Shown here: positions 34,793 to 44,929 of the stretch, one piece after another
Layout: each line of letters begins with the position of its first letter
How positions within the stretch are numbered: position 1 is the stretch's first letter
Assembly (NCBI GenBank): GCA_964404985.1
Contig: CAYOMD010000012.1
Location: forward strand, 2,773-66,772
DNA from: an uncultured Sphingomonadaceae bacterium
Lineage (GTDB): Bacteria > Pseudomonadota > Alphaproteobacteria > Sphingomonadales > Sphingomonadaceae
DNA: 64,000 nucleotides
Direction of reading: 5' to 3'
Made by a program: the position numbers and the translations under genes
The notes under the pieces: generated by a model
Databases searched by the model: none
Told to the model about the DNA's origin: nothing
Seen by the model: only the letters and a program-made list of their open reading frames with translations

Positions 34793-35755
34793 TTACTTCT
34801 GGTCGATCCCCAGCGTGCCACGCAGGATATAGAGCGGTCGGCCCTTCACCTCGTAGAAGATGCGGGCAATATACTCGCCGATCACGCCAAGGCCAATCAG
34901 GGTCAGGCTGTTGAACAGCAGCACGAACGAGATCAAGGACGCATAGCCCGGCACCGTATTGCCGAACAGCAGCGTAGTCAGCACGATATAGATCATGAAG
35001 AATAGTGCAAAAGCGGCACCAGCCAGCCCGATGTAGGTCCAGATTTTCAAAGGCGCCGAGCTGAACGAGACGATGCCCTCCAGCGCCAGCGTCCACAGCT
35101 TCCACGCACGGAACTTGGTGGTGCCGGCGGCGCGCTGCGGCCGGGCGTATTCCACTACGGTCTGGCGAAAGCCGAGGCTGGCGAAGATGCCTTTCATGAA
35201 GCGCGTGCGCTCCCGGTACTGGCGCAGCACCGCCACCACGCGCTGGTCCATCAGGCGGAAATCACCGACATTGTCCGGCAGCTTCACGTCGCTGACCTGG
35301 TTCATCACCTGGTAGAAACCGTTGGCGGTCAACCGCTTCAGGAAACCGTCCTCAGAGCGGTCGCTGCGCCGCGCCAGCACCATGTCATATCCGGCACGCC
35401 ACTGCGCGACCATGCGCGCGATGACGTCCGGCGGGTCCTGCAGGTCGACATCCATCGGGATGACGGCGCGACCGTGCGCATGGTCCAGCCCGGCGGTCAG
35501 GGCGATTTCCTTGCCGTGGTTGCGGGCGAAGTCGACCAGCTTGACCCGCGGGTCGCGCGCGTGGAGTGACGCGATGATCTCCGGCGTGCGGTCCCGGCTG
35601 CCGTCGTTGACGAACACGATATCCCAGTCCGGTGTGATGTCGTCGAGCACCGGGCACATGGCGGCGTAGAACATCTCGATGACGGCTTCTTCATTGAAGA
35701 CCGGCACGACGATTGTGAGCTCCGGCTGGACTGCGGCTGGCTGCGTTTCGGTCAT
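34793..35755 (-). CDS. family-2 glycosyltransferase with C-terminal TM helices (GtrB/ArnC-like)
   Basis: VVPVFNEE, NDGSRD, and DVDLQDPP (DxD) motifs. Confidence 0.85.
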   Translation of the reverse strand: MTETQPAAVQPELTIVVPVFNEEAVIEMFYAAMCPVLDDITPDWDIVFVNDGSRDRTPEIIASLHARDPRVKLVDFARNHGKEIALTAGLDHAHGRAVIPMDVDLQDPPDVIARMVAQWRAGYDMVLARRSDRSEDGFLKRLTANGFYQVMNQVSDVKLPDNVGDFRLMDQRVVAVLRQYRERTRFMKGIFASLGFRQTVVEYARPQRAAGTTKFRAWKLWTLALEGIVSFSSAPLKIWTYIGLAGAAFALFFMIYIVLTTLLFGNTVPGYASLISFVLLFNSLTLIGLGVIGEYIARIFYEVKGRPLYILRGTLGIDQK

Positions 35756-35803
35756 GCACTTCCCCCTAAACTCTTGTGGTGTAGCGCGCCGGCCTTAACA
35801 GTT

Positions 35804-36751
35804 TCAATTGGCGATACGCGCCTCGATCGCGCCCCAGATGCGCGCGGGCGTGTTGGTGCCGTTGAAGGCGTCGATGGCGACAATCCCGGTGGGCGAGGTG
35901 ACGTTGATCTCGGTCAGGTAGCCGTCGATGACGTCGATGCCGACAAACAGCAGCCCGCGCGCCTTCAGGTCCGGGCCGATGGTCGCGCAGATCTCCTGCT
36001 CGCGGGCGGTCAGGTCGGTCGAGGCCGCGCGACCGCCGGCGGCCAGGTTGGAGCGGATTTCGCCGTTCCTTGGCACCCGGTTGATCGCCCCGGCCGGCGC
36101 GCCGTCCACCAGCACGATCCGTTTATCGCCGAGCCGAACCTGCGGCAGGAACTTCTGCACCATGAACGGCTCGCGCATCTGACCACTGAACATCTCGACC
36201 AGCGCCGGCAGGTTCGGGTCGCCCGCGCCGATGTGAAAGACACCGGCCCCCGCGTTGCCGAACAGCGGCTTGACCACGATCTCACGATGACGGGCGCGGA
36301 ATGCCTCCGCCTCGTCCAGACGGCGGGTCACCAGGGTCGGCGGCATCAGGTGCTGGTAGCGCAGGACGAACAGCTTCTCCGGCGCGTTGCGCACTTCGGC
36401 GGGGTCATTGACCACCAGCGTATCCGGCTGGACCATCTCCAGCAGGTGGGTCGCAGTGATGTAGGCCATGTCAAACGGCGGGTCCTGACGCATCAGCACC
36501 ACATCCACATCCCGGCGCAGGTCAAGGGTGACGCGCTCGCCGGCTGTATAGTGCGCACCGGCAATGCGCTGGACGCTGACCGGGCGCGCCTGTGCCCGCA
36601 CGACGCCCTCGTCGCAGGTCAAGTCCGTTGCGAGATAATGGTAGAGGCTATGGCCACGCTCCTGCGCCTCCAGCATCAGTGCGAACGTCGAGTCGCCCTG
36701 GATGTTGATCGTCTCCAGCGGGTCCATCTGCACCGCAACGCGCAAGGGCAT
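35804..36751 (-). CDS. gshB: glutathione synthetase
   Basis: Full-length match to the prokaryotic GshB architecture (MDPLETINIQGDSTFALMLEAQ...; ATP-grasp region GIDVIDGYLTEINVTSPTG). Confidence 0.9.
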   Translation of the reverse strand: MPLRVAVQMDPLETINIQGDSTFALMLEAQERGHSLYHYLATDLTCDEGVVRAQARPVSVQRIAGAHYTAGERVTLDLRRDVDVVLMRQDPPFDMAYITATHLLEMVQPDTLVVNDPAEVRNAPEKLFVLRYQHLMPPTLVTRRLDEAEAFRARHREIVVKPLFGNAGAGVFHIGAGDPNLPALVEMFSGQMREPFMVQKFLPQVRLGDKRIVLVDGAPAGAINRVPRNGEIRSNLAAGGRAASTDLTAREQEICATIGPDLKARGLLFVGIDVIDGYLTEINVTSPTGIVAIDAFNGTNTPARIWGAIEARIAN

Positions 36752-36825
36752 GGTCAGTCTCCTGTCTCGTGAGCGGCGACAATGCCCGGCAGGAACGGGG
36801 CGTCAATGCTGAAAGCCGAAAACAA

Positions 36826-37641
36826 TCAGTTCATCGATCGCGTGAGGCCGTCGAGCGCCAGCCGGATCTGGGCCGCAATCTCCGGGCTGCGCGTGGTCTC
36901 CAGCATGGCAACGAGCGACGCCCGCGCGGCGCGCACCAGCCCCAGGGCTTGCTCCAGGCGTGCGCGTTCCCACCAGAGGCCGGTGAAGGTCGGTGCAATA
37001 GCCGTCATCCGCATGTGCATCGTGTGGGCACGGGTCAGGTTGCCGTCGCGCTCGGCCCTCGCGGCGATGTTGTTCAACAGGCGGATGAGAATGGCGCGGT
37101 TGGAGAGAGCCTGGAGGTGCTCTGTCACCACTGGGGTCTCTCCGCCGGTCGCGCGGCGCACCAGCAGCTCGAGGCTCGAGGGCGTGATCTGTTTGCCCTG
37201 GTCAAACGGGTCCTGCAGCACGGCACCTGAGCCATCGCCGATCCGGATGAGAAAGTGGGCCGGGATATTCAGGCCGTCAGCATGCCAGCCGGCTAGCCGG
37301 GCGATGCTGAGATAGAGGATCGAGAGGGAGACCGGCAAACCACGCTTGCGATCGATGACATCGAGCATATTGGCGTTGGCCGGGTCTTCATAGGTCGCGC
37401 GGTCGCCTTCATAGCTGTTGCGCCGGAACAGGACGTAGGACAGCAGGGTTGCCTGCTCGTGCGGGAGCGCGATGCTGCGGCCCAGGCTGGTGGCAGTCTC
37501 CACCATGCGCAGCAGATGGTCGCGGTAGGATTGCAGGGACGCGCCGGGGCGGTCCAGCGCGCCGAGTTCCAACGCCGCGTCGGCAAGGTCGATCTCGCCA
37601 TCGGACAATGCGCCGATGCGCTCGAGTGGGGCCGGGGTCAT
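36826..37641 (-). CDS. SirB1/YchA-like transglutaminase-like + TPR protein
   Basis: ANMLDVIDRKRGLPVSLSILYLSIARLAG...PAHFLIRI, then a TPR-like C-terminus. Confidence 0.6.
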   Translation of the reverse strand: MTPAPLERIGALSDGEIDLADAALELGALDRPGASLQSYRDHLLRMVETATSLGRSIALPHEQATLLSYVLFRRNSYEGDRATYEDPANANMLDVIDRKRGLPVSLSILYLSIARLAGWHADGLNIPAHFLIRIGDGSGAVLQDPFDQGKQITPSSLELLVRRATGGETPVVTEHLQALSNRAILIRLLNNIAARAERDGNLTRAHTMHMRMTAIAPTFTGLWWERARLEQALGLVRAARASLVAMLETTRSPEIAAQIRLALDGLTRSMN

Positions 37642-37997
37642 CGTGCACCCTCCAAAACGATATTGCGAAGGTGCCTTGGGAATCGATTGGGTGCAACTAG
37701 AATGGCGTCGATTCTGATGAAATCAGCGTCATCAGCATAGCGCGCCGCGATCAGTTCTGCCGCCCGGCACACGCGTGACATACCGCGCGGCGTCAGCGCG
37801 GCGTTGGCCTCATCAAGCGTCGGGCGGGCCTTGACCTCGATGAATGCGGTGGTGCGTCCGCGCCGGGCGATGATGTCCACCTCGCCGACCGGGGTGCTAA
37901 CCCGGCGTGCCAGAACAGCGTAACCCTTCAGGCTGAGCCAGAGGCAGGCAAGGTCCTCGCCGCGCCGCCCGCGCCGTTCCGCCGCCTGGCGCTTCAT
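37638..37997 (-). CDS. YraN-family (UPF0102) endonuclease-like protein
   Basis: GRRGEDLACLWL...GEVDIIARRGRTTAFIEVKAR. 4-bp overlaps with both neighbouring genes. Confidence 0.8.
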   Translation of the reverse strand: MKRQAAERRGRRGEDLACLWLSLKGYAVLARRVSTPVGEVDIIARRGRTTAFIEVKARPTLDEANAALTPRGMSRVCRAAELIAARYADDADFIRIDAILVAPNRFPRHLRNIVLEGAR

Positions 37998-38839
37998 GGT
38001 TTCAGCGCCAGCGCGCGCTCGTAGACCTGGGCGCGCGGCAGGCCGGTCTGCACTGCGACCAATGCGGCGGCATCCTTGGTGCGGTGCGTGCGCAGCGCAT
38101 CGGTCAACAGCGCATCGACATCCTGATCGCTGGCGGCGGGTTGCGCCGTCGGCGGGCCGATCAGCACGACCAGCTCGCCGCGCGGCGGACCCTGCTCGGC
38201 ATAGCGTGCCGCCAATGCGGCCAGGCTGCCGCGCTGCACCTCCTCATGGAGTTTGGTAAGTTCACGCGCGACTGCGGCGTCGCGCAGACCGAGCACGTGC
38301 GCGGCATCCGCCAGCATGGCGGCCAGACGGGACGCTCCTTCGTAGAACACCAGTGTCGCGGGCACAGCCGCCAGTTCGGCGAGTGAGGATTGCCGCGCTC
38401 CGGACTTGGGGGGCAGAAAGCCGCAAAAGCAGAAGCGGTCAGTCGGCAGTCCGGCCAGTGTGAGTGCAGTGATCGCCGCACAGGCACCGGGGGCTGCCGT
38501 GACCGGAACACCGGCCTCCAGCGCCGCCTGCACCAGCTTCAGCCCGGGGTCGGAGACCAGCGGCGTACCGGCATCGCTGACCAGCGCGACGGTCGCCCCG
38601 CCGAGCATCCGCGTGATGAGCTGCGGGCGCATGGCCGGCGCATTATGGTCATGGTAGGGGATGACCGGCGTTCCCAGCCCCAGATGCCGAAGCAACTTGG
38701 CCGCAACCCGCGTGTCCTCTGCGGCGATGAGGTCGACCTGGCCCAACGTTTCGATCGCGCGCAAGGTGATGTCACCGAGATTGCCGATGGGCGTGGCGAC
38801 GATATGGAGGCCGGGTGCAAGCGGTTTCAGAGGCGTCAT
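37994..38839 (-). CDS. rsmI: 16S rRNA (cytidine1402-2'-O)-methyltransferase
   Basis: LHIVATPIGNLGDITLRAIETL...EDTR motif. Confidence 0.9.
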   Translation of the reverse strand: MTPLKPLAPGLHIVATPIGNLGDITLRAIETLGQVDLIAAEDTRVAAKLLRHLGLGTPVIPYHDHNAPAMRPQLITRMLGGATVALVSDAGTPLVSDPGLKLVQAALEAGVPVTAAPGACAAITALTLAGLPTDRFCFCGFLPPKSGARQSSLAELAAVPATLVFYEGASRLAAMLADAAHVLGLRDAAVARELTKLHEEVQRGSLAALAARYAEQGPPRGELVVLIGPPTAQPAASDQDVDALLTDALRTHRTKDAAALVAVQTGLPRAQVYERALALKP

Positions 38840-38971
38840 ACCCCGTTATGGCGATCTTGCGCCGACAGGAAAAGCTATCGTGTGCGTCTCGCCGCGATCA
38901 AGGTATGCAATCGCCAGCCGAGTGCGCTATGCCAGCAGCGTTAGGCGTCCCGAGCGGTTAGGGTCAATGGA

Positions 38972-40282
38972 ATGAGTGAGCGTTTGAGTTTGCAGCGGCA
39001 TGCTGGCCGTTCATGGGCAAGCATCGGAGTTGCATTGGCGCTGTTTGCGACGGCCTGCAGCCCCACCAAGGCACCACCGGCACCACAGCCGCCTGCGCCT
39101 GCAGCCGTGACACCGCAGGTTCAGGTGCCGAAGTCCAGGCCGGTCGAGCGTCCGAACGTTGCGCCGCCGCAGCATCGTATTGCCCTGCTGGCGCCGATGA
39201 CCGGGGTCAATGCCGCCATTGGCCAGTCCTTCGCCAATGCCGCCAACCTCGCCTTGCTGGACCGCAACAGCCAGCGCATCAAACTGACAGTCTATAACAC
39301 GACGCCCGGCGCGATCTCTGCAGCACAGCGCGCGCTGGCGGATGGGTCCACGCTCATCCTGGGGCCGTTCCTCGGCAGCGAGGCGCGTCAGATTGCGCCG
39401 GTCGCGGTTGCTGCACGCGTGCCCATCCTGTCCTTTTCCAACGATGCGAGCGTGGCAGGTGGCGGCGTTTACCTGATGGGCTATATGCCGGAGCAGGAGA
39501 CCGAGCGGGTTGTCGCGTTTGCCGCGCGCCAGGGCGCCAAGCGTTTTGCCGCCCTCACCCCGAGCGACGCCTACGGTGCCCGGGTCTCGGCGAGTTTTGC
39601 CGCTGCCGTCAAACGCGCCGGCGGGCAGTTGGTAGCGATCCAGAGCTATCCGCGCGACCGCACCAAGATCGCGGCTGCGGCCCGTCGCGTCGCGAAGTAT
39701 GACGAGCGACTGGCGCGCGCGCGGGCCAATGTGCAAGCTGGTGTGGGCGGGGTCGTCAAGTCTGCCGCCAATACCCTGCCACCACCCGATTTCGATGTGT
39801 TGCTGATTGCCGATGCCGGTTCGCTCACCCGTGCCTTCCTGCCGGCGCTGGCGCAATATGGTGTGACCACCAGCCAGGTGCGCTTCCTCGGGCCGGGCCT
39901 GTGGTCGACCGACCAGGGGCTGGCGCGGGAGCCTGGCCTGCAAGGAGCCTGGTTTGCGACCGTCCCCGACACGACCTTCACCCAGATCGCCGAAAGACTG
40001 CGCCAGCGCTTCGGTCTGAATGCCTCCCGCTTCGCCAGCATGAGCTACGACGCCATGCTGCTGGCGACCGCCGCAGATGCCAAGGGCTGGGCTGTCGGCA
40101 CACCGTTCCCTATCCGGATGCTGACAGACAGTGGGGGATACACCGGCGTTGACGGCCTGTTCCGCATCCTGCCGAGCGGTCTGCCCGAGCGCGGGCTGGA
40201 GGTGCGGGAACTGCGCAGCAGATTCGTGACAGTCGATGCCGCACCGCAAGCTTTCGGCCCGGTCAACACGCCGGTAAATTAG
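38972..40282 (+). CDS. penicillin-binding protein activator (LpoA-like, periplasmic-binding fold)
   Basis: Lipoprotein-like N-terminus (LFATACS) and a type-1 PBP fold. Divergent from rsmI, as in the yraL/yraM arrangement. Confidence 0.7.
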   Translation: MSERLSLQRHAGRSWASIGVALALFATACSPTKAPPAPQPPAPAAVTPQVQVPKSRPVERPNVAPPQHRIALLAPMTGVNAAIGQSFANAANLALLDRNSQRIKLTVYNTTPGAISAAQRALADGSTLILGPFLGSEARQIAPVAVAARVPILSFSNDASVAGGGVYLMGYMPEQETERVVAFAARQGAKRFAALTPSDAYGARVSASFAAAVKRAGGQLVAIQSYPRDRTKIAAAARRVAKYDERLARARANVQAGVGGVVKSAANTLPPPDFDVLLIADAGSLTRAFLPALAQYGVTTSQVRFLGPGLWSTDQGLAREPGLQGAWFATVPDTTFTQIAERLRQRFGLNASRFASMSYDAMLLATAADAKGWAVGTPFPIRMLTDSGGYTGVDGLFRILPSGLPERGLEVRELRSRFVTVDAAPQAFGPVNTPVN

Positions 40283-40583
40283 AGTCTGATGACTTTACAT
40301 CGATCCATTCGTCATCGCGAGGCCACGCAGTGGCCGTGGCGATCCAGGAAACGCATAGGCTGGATTGCTTCGCAAGCCATAGGCCCGCTCGCAATGACGG
40401 ATAGGTTTCTATCAATGAGATTTGGTATCAGTGCAGCAGAAGAAACCCCGTCACCCTGAACTTGATTCAGGGTCCAGGTGTTATTTGGCACTGGCGCGGC
40501 GTGCATGGTCATGGATGCTGAAACACGTTCAGCATGACGCTCATCGGCTCAGGGCGAACGCTTTAATCAAATGTCATCCCGCT
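40283..40583. mobile_element. composite MITE-like element carrying four GTCAY-hairpin-ATCC modules
   Basis: Left end AGTCTGATGACTTTAC (40283-40298) and right end ATGTCATCCCGCT (40571-40583). Modules lie at 40311-40348(+), 40360-40398(-), 40450-40478(+) and 40513-40538(-). Confidence 0.6.
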
Positions 40584-40597
40584 TTAATGGAGTGAGA

Positions 40598-41350
40598 TCA
40601 GCTGAAGGCGGTCGCCGGCAACACGTCGCGGAAGCTGATATGGCCGTCGAAGATGGCGAAGATCGCCAACTGGGTGCGCGTGGTGACGCTGTAGCGCGTC
40701 TTGGCCTCCGATATGTGCGAGTGCACGGTTGATTGGCCGATGCCTAGAATCGTCGCAATTTCCCACTCGGTCTTGCCCTGGGCCAGCAACGCGATCACAT
40801 CGACCTGCCGGCTGGTCAGCGCCACCACCTGCCGTGGCCGTGCCGCCCCCTTGCTGAGACGCCGCGCCGCCTCAAACCCGCAGGTTGAGAGGTAGTGCGC
40901 CGCAGGCATGACCGAGCGATGGGTTATGCCCGCGCCTTTAGCAGCCAGATTGACGGAGGCGGCGACCTCGCCATGCGCCTTGACCGGGGTCGTGAAGCCT
41001 TCGGCCAGGCCATGGCGCCGCGCATCGGCCAGGATGGTTTTCTGCCGGTCGCTCAGTGCCATGAGGTTCGGCATATCGCTCCATAGAAAAGGGGCTATGC
41101 GCTGCTCGCTGAGCATCATCACCGGATCGTCGAGGTAATAGCGCTGCGCGATCACCTCCTCGAGCCATGAGGGCGGGTAATTGCTGATCGCAACCCCGCT
41201 TTCCTGTTCGAAGTTGACATGGCTGATCAGGGCGTAGTGGCGGAAGCCAAGTTCGTTGATTGCGGCGTCGACGGTGGACTCCAGTGCCGTGAGACTCGGG
41301 GAATCGGCGATCTTGTCCGCAAAATCCTGCACCAGATCCCAGGCTGTCAT
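40598..41350 (-). CDS. LuxR-family autoinducer-binding transcriptional regulator (solo)
   Basis: N-terminal AHL-binding signature (YPPSWLEEVIAQRYYLDDPV) and C-terminal HTH LTSRQVDVIALLAQGKTEWEIATILGIGQSTVHSHI. Confidence 0.8.
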   Translation of the reverse strand: MTAWDLVQDFADKIADSPSLTALESTVDAAINELGFRHYALISHVNFEQESGVAISNYPPSWLEEVIAQRYYLDDPVMMLSEQRIAPFLWSDMPNLMALSDRQKTILADARRHGLAEGFTTPVKAHGEVAASVNLAAKGAGITHRSVMPAAHYLSTCGFEAARRLSKGAARPRQVVALTSRQVDVIALLAQGKTEWEIATILGIGQSTVHSHISEAKTRYSVTTRTQLAIFAIFDGHISFRDVLPATAFS

Positions 41351-41355
41351 AATCT

Positions 41356-43959
41356 CTACCGCAGGCTTTTGGTCACCATTTCATAAACATCGCGGGAAAG
41401 GCCGGGGCGTGCAACGATTCGTTCCAGCTGAGTGCGCATTTTCAGCGCCCGCTGCTGGTCAAAGCGCTTCCAGCGGCCCAGCGGTGCGACGAGCCGGGCC
41501 GCGACCTGCCCGTTGAGCCCGTCGACAGCCAGAACCTGGTCCGCCAGCAGCGCGTAGCCTGCGCCGCCGGCGTCGTGGAAGCAGGGCTGGTTGACCGAGA
41601 AGCTGGACATGAGTGACCGCACCCGATTCGGGTTGGAGAGCGTGTAGGCCGGGTGTCCGGTCAGGGCGAGGACACGGGCGAGGGTATCCGGCTGTGCTGC
41701 CAGCGCCTGGATCGAGAACCACTTGTCGATGACCAGCGGGTCTTTGGCCCAGGCTGCGTAAAATGCGTCCAGCGCCGCATCGCGCGCCGGGCCGCCGATA
41801 TTGACCAGCGCCGTGAACGCCGCAATCCGGTCGGTCATGTTGTCGGCGCTGTCAAATTGTGACCGGCACAGAGCGACGATGCCGGGGTTTGGTGTGGCCG
41901 AGAGATATTGCAGCGCAATGCTGCGCAGCCGCCGGCGCGCTTTGGCGTCTGCAGTGAAGGCGTAGACTGGGTCTGCGAGCGTAGCGTGCAGGTGCAGCCA
42001 CTGGTCCTGCAATGCCCCAGAGAGCGCCTTGCGCATTCCCATGCGCACAGAATGGATTGCATCCACTGCGACAACCGGCATCTGGTCACCGAGGTACGCC
42101 TCGCTGGGCAGCAGGATCATCTCGGCCACCAGTGCCGGGTCCTCGATCGTGCCGGTGATCATGCTGCCGATGGTGTCGATCATCAGCTGCGGCGTCTCGA
42201 CGGCTGCGCCGGAGGCGGTGCGATCAACTGCCTCCAGCATCTGGCCGAGAAACAGTTGTTGTGCGGCCTCGAAGCGCCCGAACGAATCGCCGTCCCGCTG
42301 GGCGAGGAACGCCAGGTCTTGCAAAGAGCGGGAGCTGTGCAGGATGACCGGTGCTGAAAACCCCCGTAGCAGGCTGGGGACCGGGCGTTCGTCGATGCCC
42401 TCGAAAGTCCAGCTCTGTTCCGGTTCGGACAGGCACAGCACCTGCTCATCCACAAGGACGCGGCCGGTCTGTGCCCCATACAAAGCCGACCGAACGGGAA
42501 TCAGCATCGTCTGTTTGTCGGTTTGACCGGGCGTATCGGCCAGCGATTGCCCCAGCGTCAGGACGGCGCGCTTGCCTTGCGCGTCCCAGTCCAGCTGTGC
42601 CGTCACGATTGGAGTGCCAGCCTGGGAATACCAACGGCGGAACTGGCGCAGGTCCGCGCCGGAGGCGTCGGCCATCGCCTGGATAAAATCATCGCAGGTC
42701 GCGGCCTGCCCGTCGTTGCGCTGGAAGTAGAGTGCCAACCCGGCATTGAAGGCGTCCGCACCCAGCATGGTCTCCAGCATGCGGATGACTTCGGCCCCCT
42801 TGTTGTAGATGGTCGCCGTATAGAAGTTGGAAATCTCGATGTAGCTGTCCGGGCGCACCGGGTGCGCCAGCGGCCCTGCATCTTCCGGGAACTGCGCGGC
42901 CCGCAGAGCCCGTACGTCCTCGATGCGCTTCAGGCCCCGGCTGCCGATATCGGACGTGAACTCCTGGTCCCGATAAACCGTCAGCCCTTCCTTGAGGCTC
43001 AGTTGGAACCAGTCGCGGCAGGTGACGCGGTTGCCGCTCCAGTTGTGGAAATACTCGTGCGCGATGACGCTTTCGATCGCGTCGAAATCGGCGTCCGTTG
43101 CGGTCTCCCGGTTGGCGAGCACGTATTTTGAGTTGAAGATATTGAGGCTCTTGTTCTCCATCGCGCCGAAGTTGAAGTCGTTGACGGCGACGATGTTGAA
43201 GATGTCGAGATCGTATTCGAGGCCGAAGCGCGATTCATCCCACGCCATGGCTTTTTTCAGCGCGGCCATGGCATGGTGCGTTCGGTCGAGATCGCCTGGC
43301 TTGACCCAGATGTGCAGCGCCACCGTACGCCCGGAGCGGGTCACATAGCGGTCAGACAGCGCCTCGAGCGGTCCGGCGACCAGCGCAAACAGATAGCTGG
43401 GTTTGGGAAACGGATCATGCCAGCGCGCCCAGTGCCGCCCGCCGGGCAGATCGCCGATTTCCATGAGGTTGCCGTTCGAGAGCAGGACCGGAAACGCCGC
43501 CTTGTCCGCCTCGATAGTGACTGTGTACACCGCCATGACGTCAGGGCGATCCGGGAAGAAGGTGATGCGCCGGAACCCTTCGGCCTCGCACTGGGTGCAA
43601 AAGACCCCGTCCGACATATAGAGGCCCATCAACTGGGTATTGGTCGCAGGATCAATCTCGGTGACGATCTCCACGTCCGCCGTATCGGCACGCAGCGGGA
43701 TGCTGAGGCGGTCCGGGCGCAGAATATATTCGCCGGGCTCGAGGGCGGCGCCGTTCACGCGCACCGACTTCAGGCTGAGAGTGTCGCCATCCAGCACAAG
43801 CGGCTTGCGGGCATCACCCTGCCGGCGCACGCGCAGTTTGCTGGTGACGATGGTGCGCGTCGGGTCGAGGATGAAGGACAAATCGACGCGCTCGACCGCA
43901 AAGTCCGGCGCGCGATAGTCCTCAAGGCGTGTGACCGTCGGCGATCCGGCGTCCATCAT
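41356..43959 (-). CDS. pepN: aminopeptidase N
   Basis: GAMEN, HEYFHNWSGNRVTCRDWFQLSLKEG (HEXXH-18-E). Start at MMDAG (43959) with GGGGA 6 nt upstream. Confidence 0.9.
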   Translation of the reverse strand: MMDAGSPTVTRLEDYRAPDFAVERVDLSFILDPTRTIVTSKLRVRRQGDARKPLVLDGDTLSLKSVRVNGAALEPGEYILRPDRLSIPLRADTADVEIVTEIDPATNTQLMGLYMSDGVFCTQCEAEGFRRITFFPDRPDVMAVYTVTIEADKAAFPVLLSNGNLMEIGDLPGGRHWARWHDPFPKPSYLFALVAGPLEALSDRYVTRSGRTVALHIWVKPGDLDRTHHAMAALKKAMAWDESRFGLEYDLDIFNIVAVNDFNFGAMENKSLNIFNSKYVLANRETATDADFDAIESVIAHEYFHNWSGNRVTCRDWFQLSLKEGLTVYRDQEFTSDIGSRGLKRIEDVRALRAAQFPEDAGPLAHPVRPDSYIEISNFYTATIYNKGAEVIRMLETMLGADAFNAGLALYFQRNDGQAATCDDFIQAMADASGADLRQFRRWYSQAGTPIVTAQLDWDAQGKRAVLTLGQSLADTPGQTDKQTMLIPVRSALYGAQTGRVLVDEQVLCLSEPEQSWTFEGIDERPVPSLLRGFSAPVILHSSRSLQDLAFLAQRDGDSFGRFEAAQQLFLGQMLEAVDRTASGAAVETPQLMIDTIGSMITGTIEDPALVAEMILLPSEAYLGDQMPVVAVDAIHSVRMGMRKALSGALQDQWLHLHATLADPVYAFTADAKARRRLRSIALQYLSATPNPGIVALCRSQFDSADNMTDRIAAFTALVNIGGPARDAALDAFYAAWAKDPLVIDKWFSIQALAAQPDTLARVLALTGHPAYTLSNPNRVRSLMSSFSVNQPCFHDAGGAGYALLADQVLAVDGLNGQVAARLVAPLGRWKRFDQQRALKMRTQLERIVARPGLSRDVYEMVTKSLR

Positions 43960-44077
43960 GCGTAATCCCCAAGCTAGTTCTGGCATTCTGCCGGTGCATA
44001 GCCGAACGGTGGCATTTGTGCCGTTAAGGCATTATCGTTACGCGACCAACTCTCTATCAGCGCAGGGTGTCCGACAA

Positions 44078-44929
44078 GTGCCAATCGATACCATTTCAGG
44101 CGCGAGCTGTCTCATTTTGGGGCTGGGCTATACTGGCCAACGTCTCGCGCATCGTCTGCGCAGCCTCGGGGCTTGTGTGACCGGTGTCAAACGACACGCG
44201 ACCGGTGATAACGTGCTGGCGTTCGATGACCCGAAAGTCGTCGATATCATGGCAAATGCGGACCTTATACTCTCCTCCGTGCCACCTGCGGACGGCGATC
44301 CGGTCCTGGCCCGGTTCCGGCCCGTGCTGGCTGCAACGCCGGCCCGCTGGATCGGTTACCTGTCATCAACCGGGGTTTACGGCGATGCGCGCGGCGCCTG
44401 GGTCGGGGAGTGGGCGGCATTGGGAGCCGGGCGACGCAGTGCGCGGATCGAGGCCGACCTTGCCTGGCAGGCACTCGAGTCGCGTGCGCCAGTGCATATT
44501 TTCCGCTTGCCGGGCATCTATGGCCCCGGGCGCTCGGCGCTGGACCGGGTGCGCGCAGGATCAGCGCATCGAATAGCGCTGGAGGGAGCGCTCGCCGGGC
44601 ATGTGTTCAGCCGCATACACGTCGATGATATCGTCTCGGCTATGGTCGCCTCCATGCAGCGGCCGGAGGGCGGCATCTACAATCTGGCGGATGACGAACC
44701 GGCATCCGGCAATGCGGTCATAGACTATGCCTGCCATCTGCTGGGCGTAGCGCCTCCTCCACTCAGCGATTTCGCGACCACGCCCCTGTCGCCGATGGCC
44801 CGCGACTTCTATAGCGAGTGCAGGCGGGTAGCGAACGGGCGCATGAAGCGCTATCTGATGCCACGACTGGCCTATCCCACCTACCGGGACGGGTTGGCAG
44901 CGATCTGGCACGAGGAGCGGCTGAGATGA
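44078..44929 (+). CDS. NAD(P)-binding Rossmann-fold protein (epimerase/SDR-like)
   Basis: ILGLGYTGQRL and SSTGVYGD motifs. Start assigned to in-frame GTG 44078 (uncertain). The track ORF begins at 43931 inside pepN. Confidence 0.6.
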   Translation: MPIDTISGASCLILGLGYTGQRLAHRLRSLGACVTGVKRHATGDNVLAFDDPKVVDIMANADLILSSVPPADGDPVLARFRPVLAATPARWIGYLSSTGVYGDARGAWVGEWAALGAGRRSARIEADLAWQALESRAPVHIFRLPGIYGPGRSALDRVRAGSAHRIALEGALAGHVFSRIHVDDIVSAMVASMQRPEGGIYNLADDEPASGNAVIDYACHLLGVAPPPLSDFATTPLSPMARDFYSECRRVANGRMKRYLMPRLAYPTYRDGLAAIWHEERLR

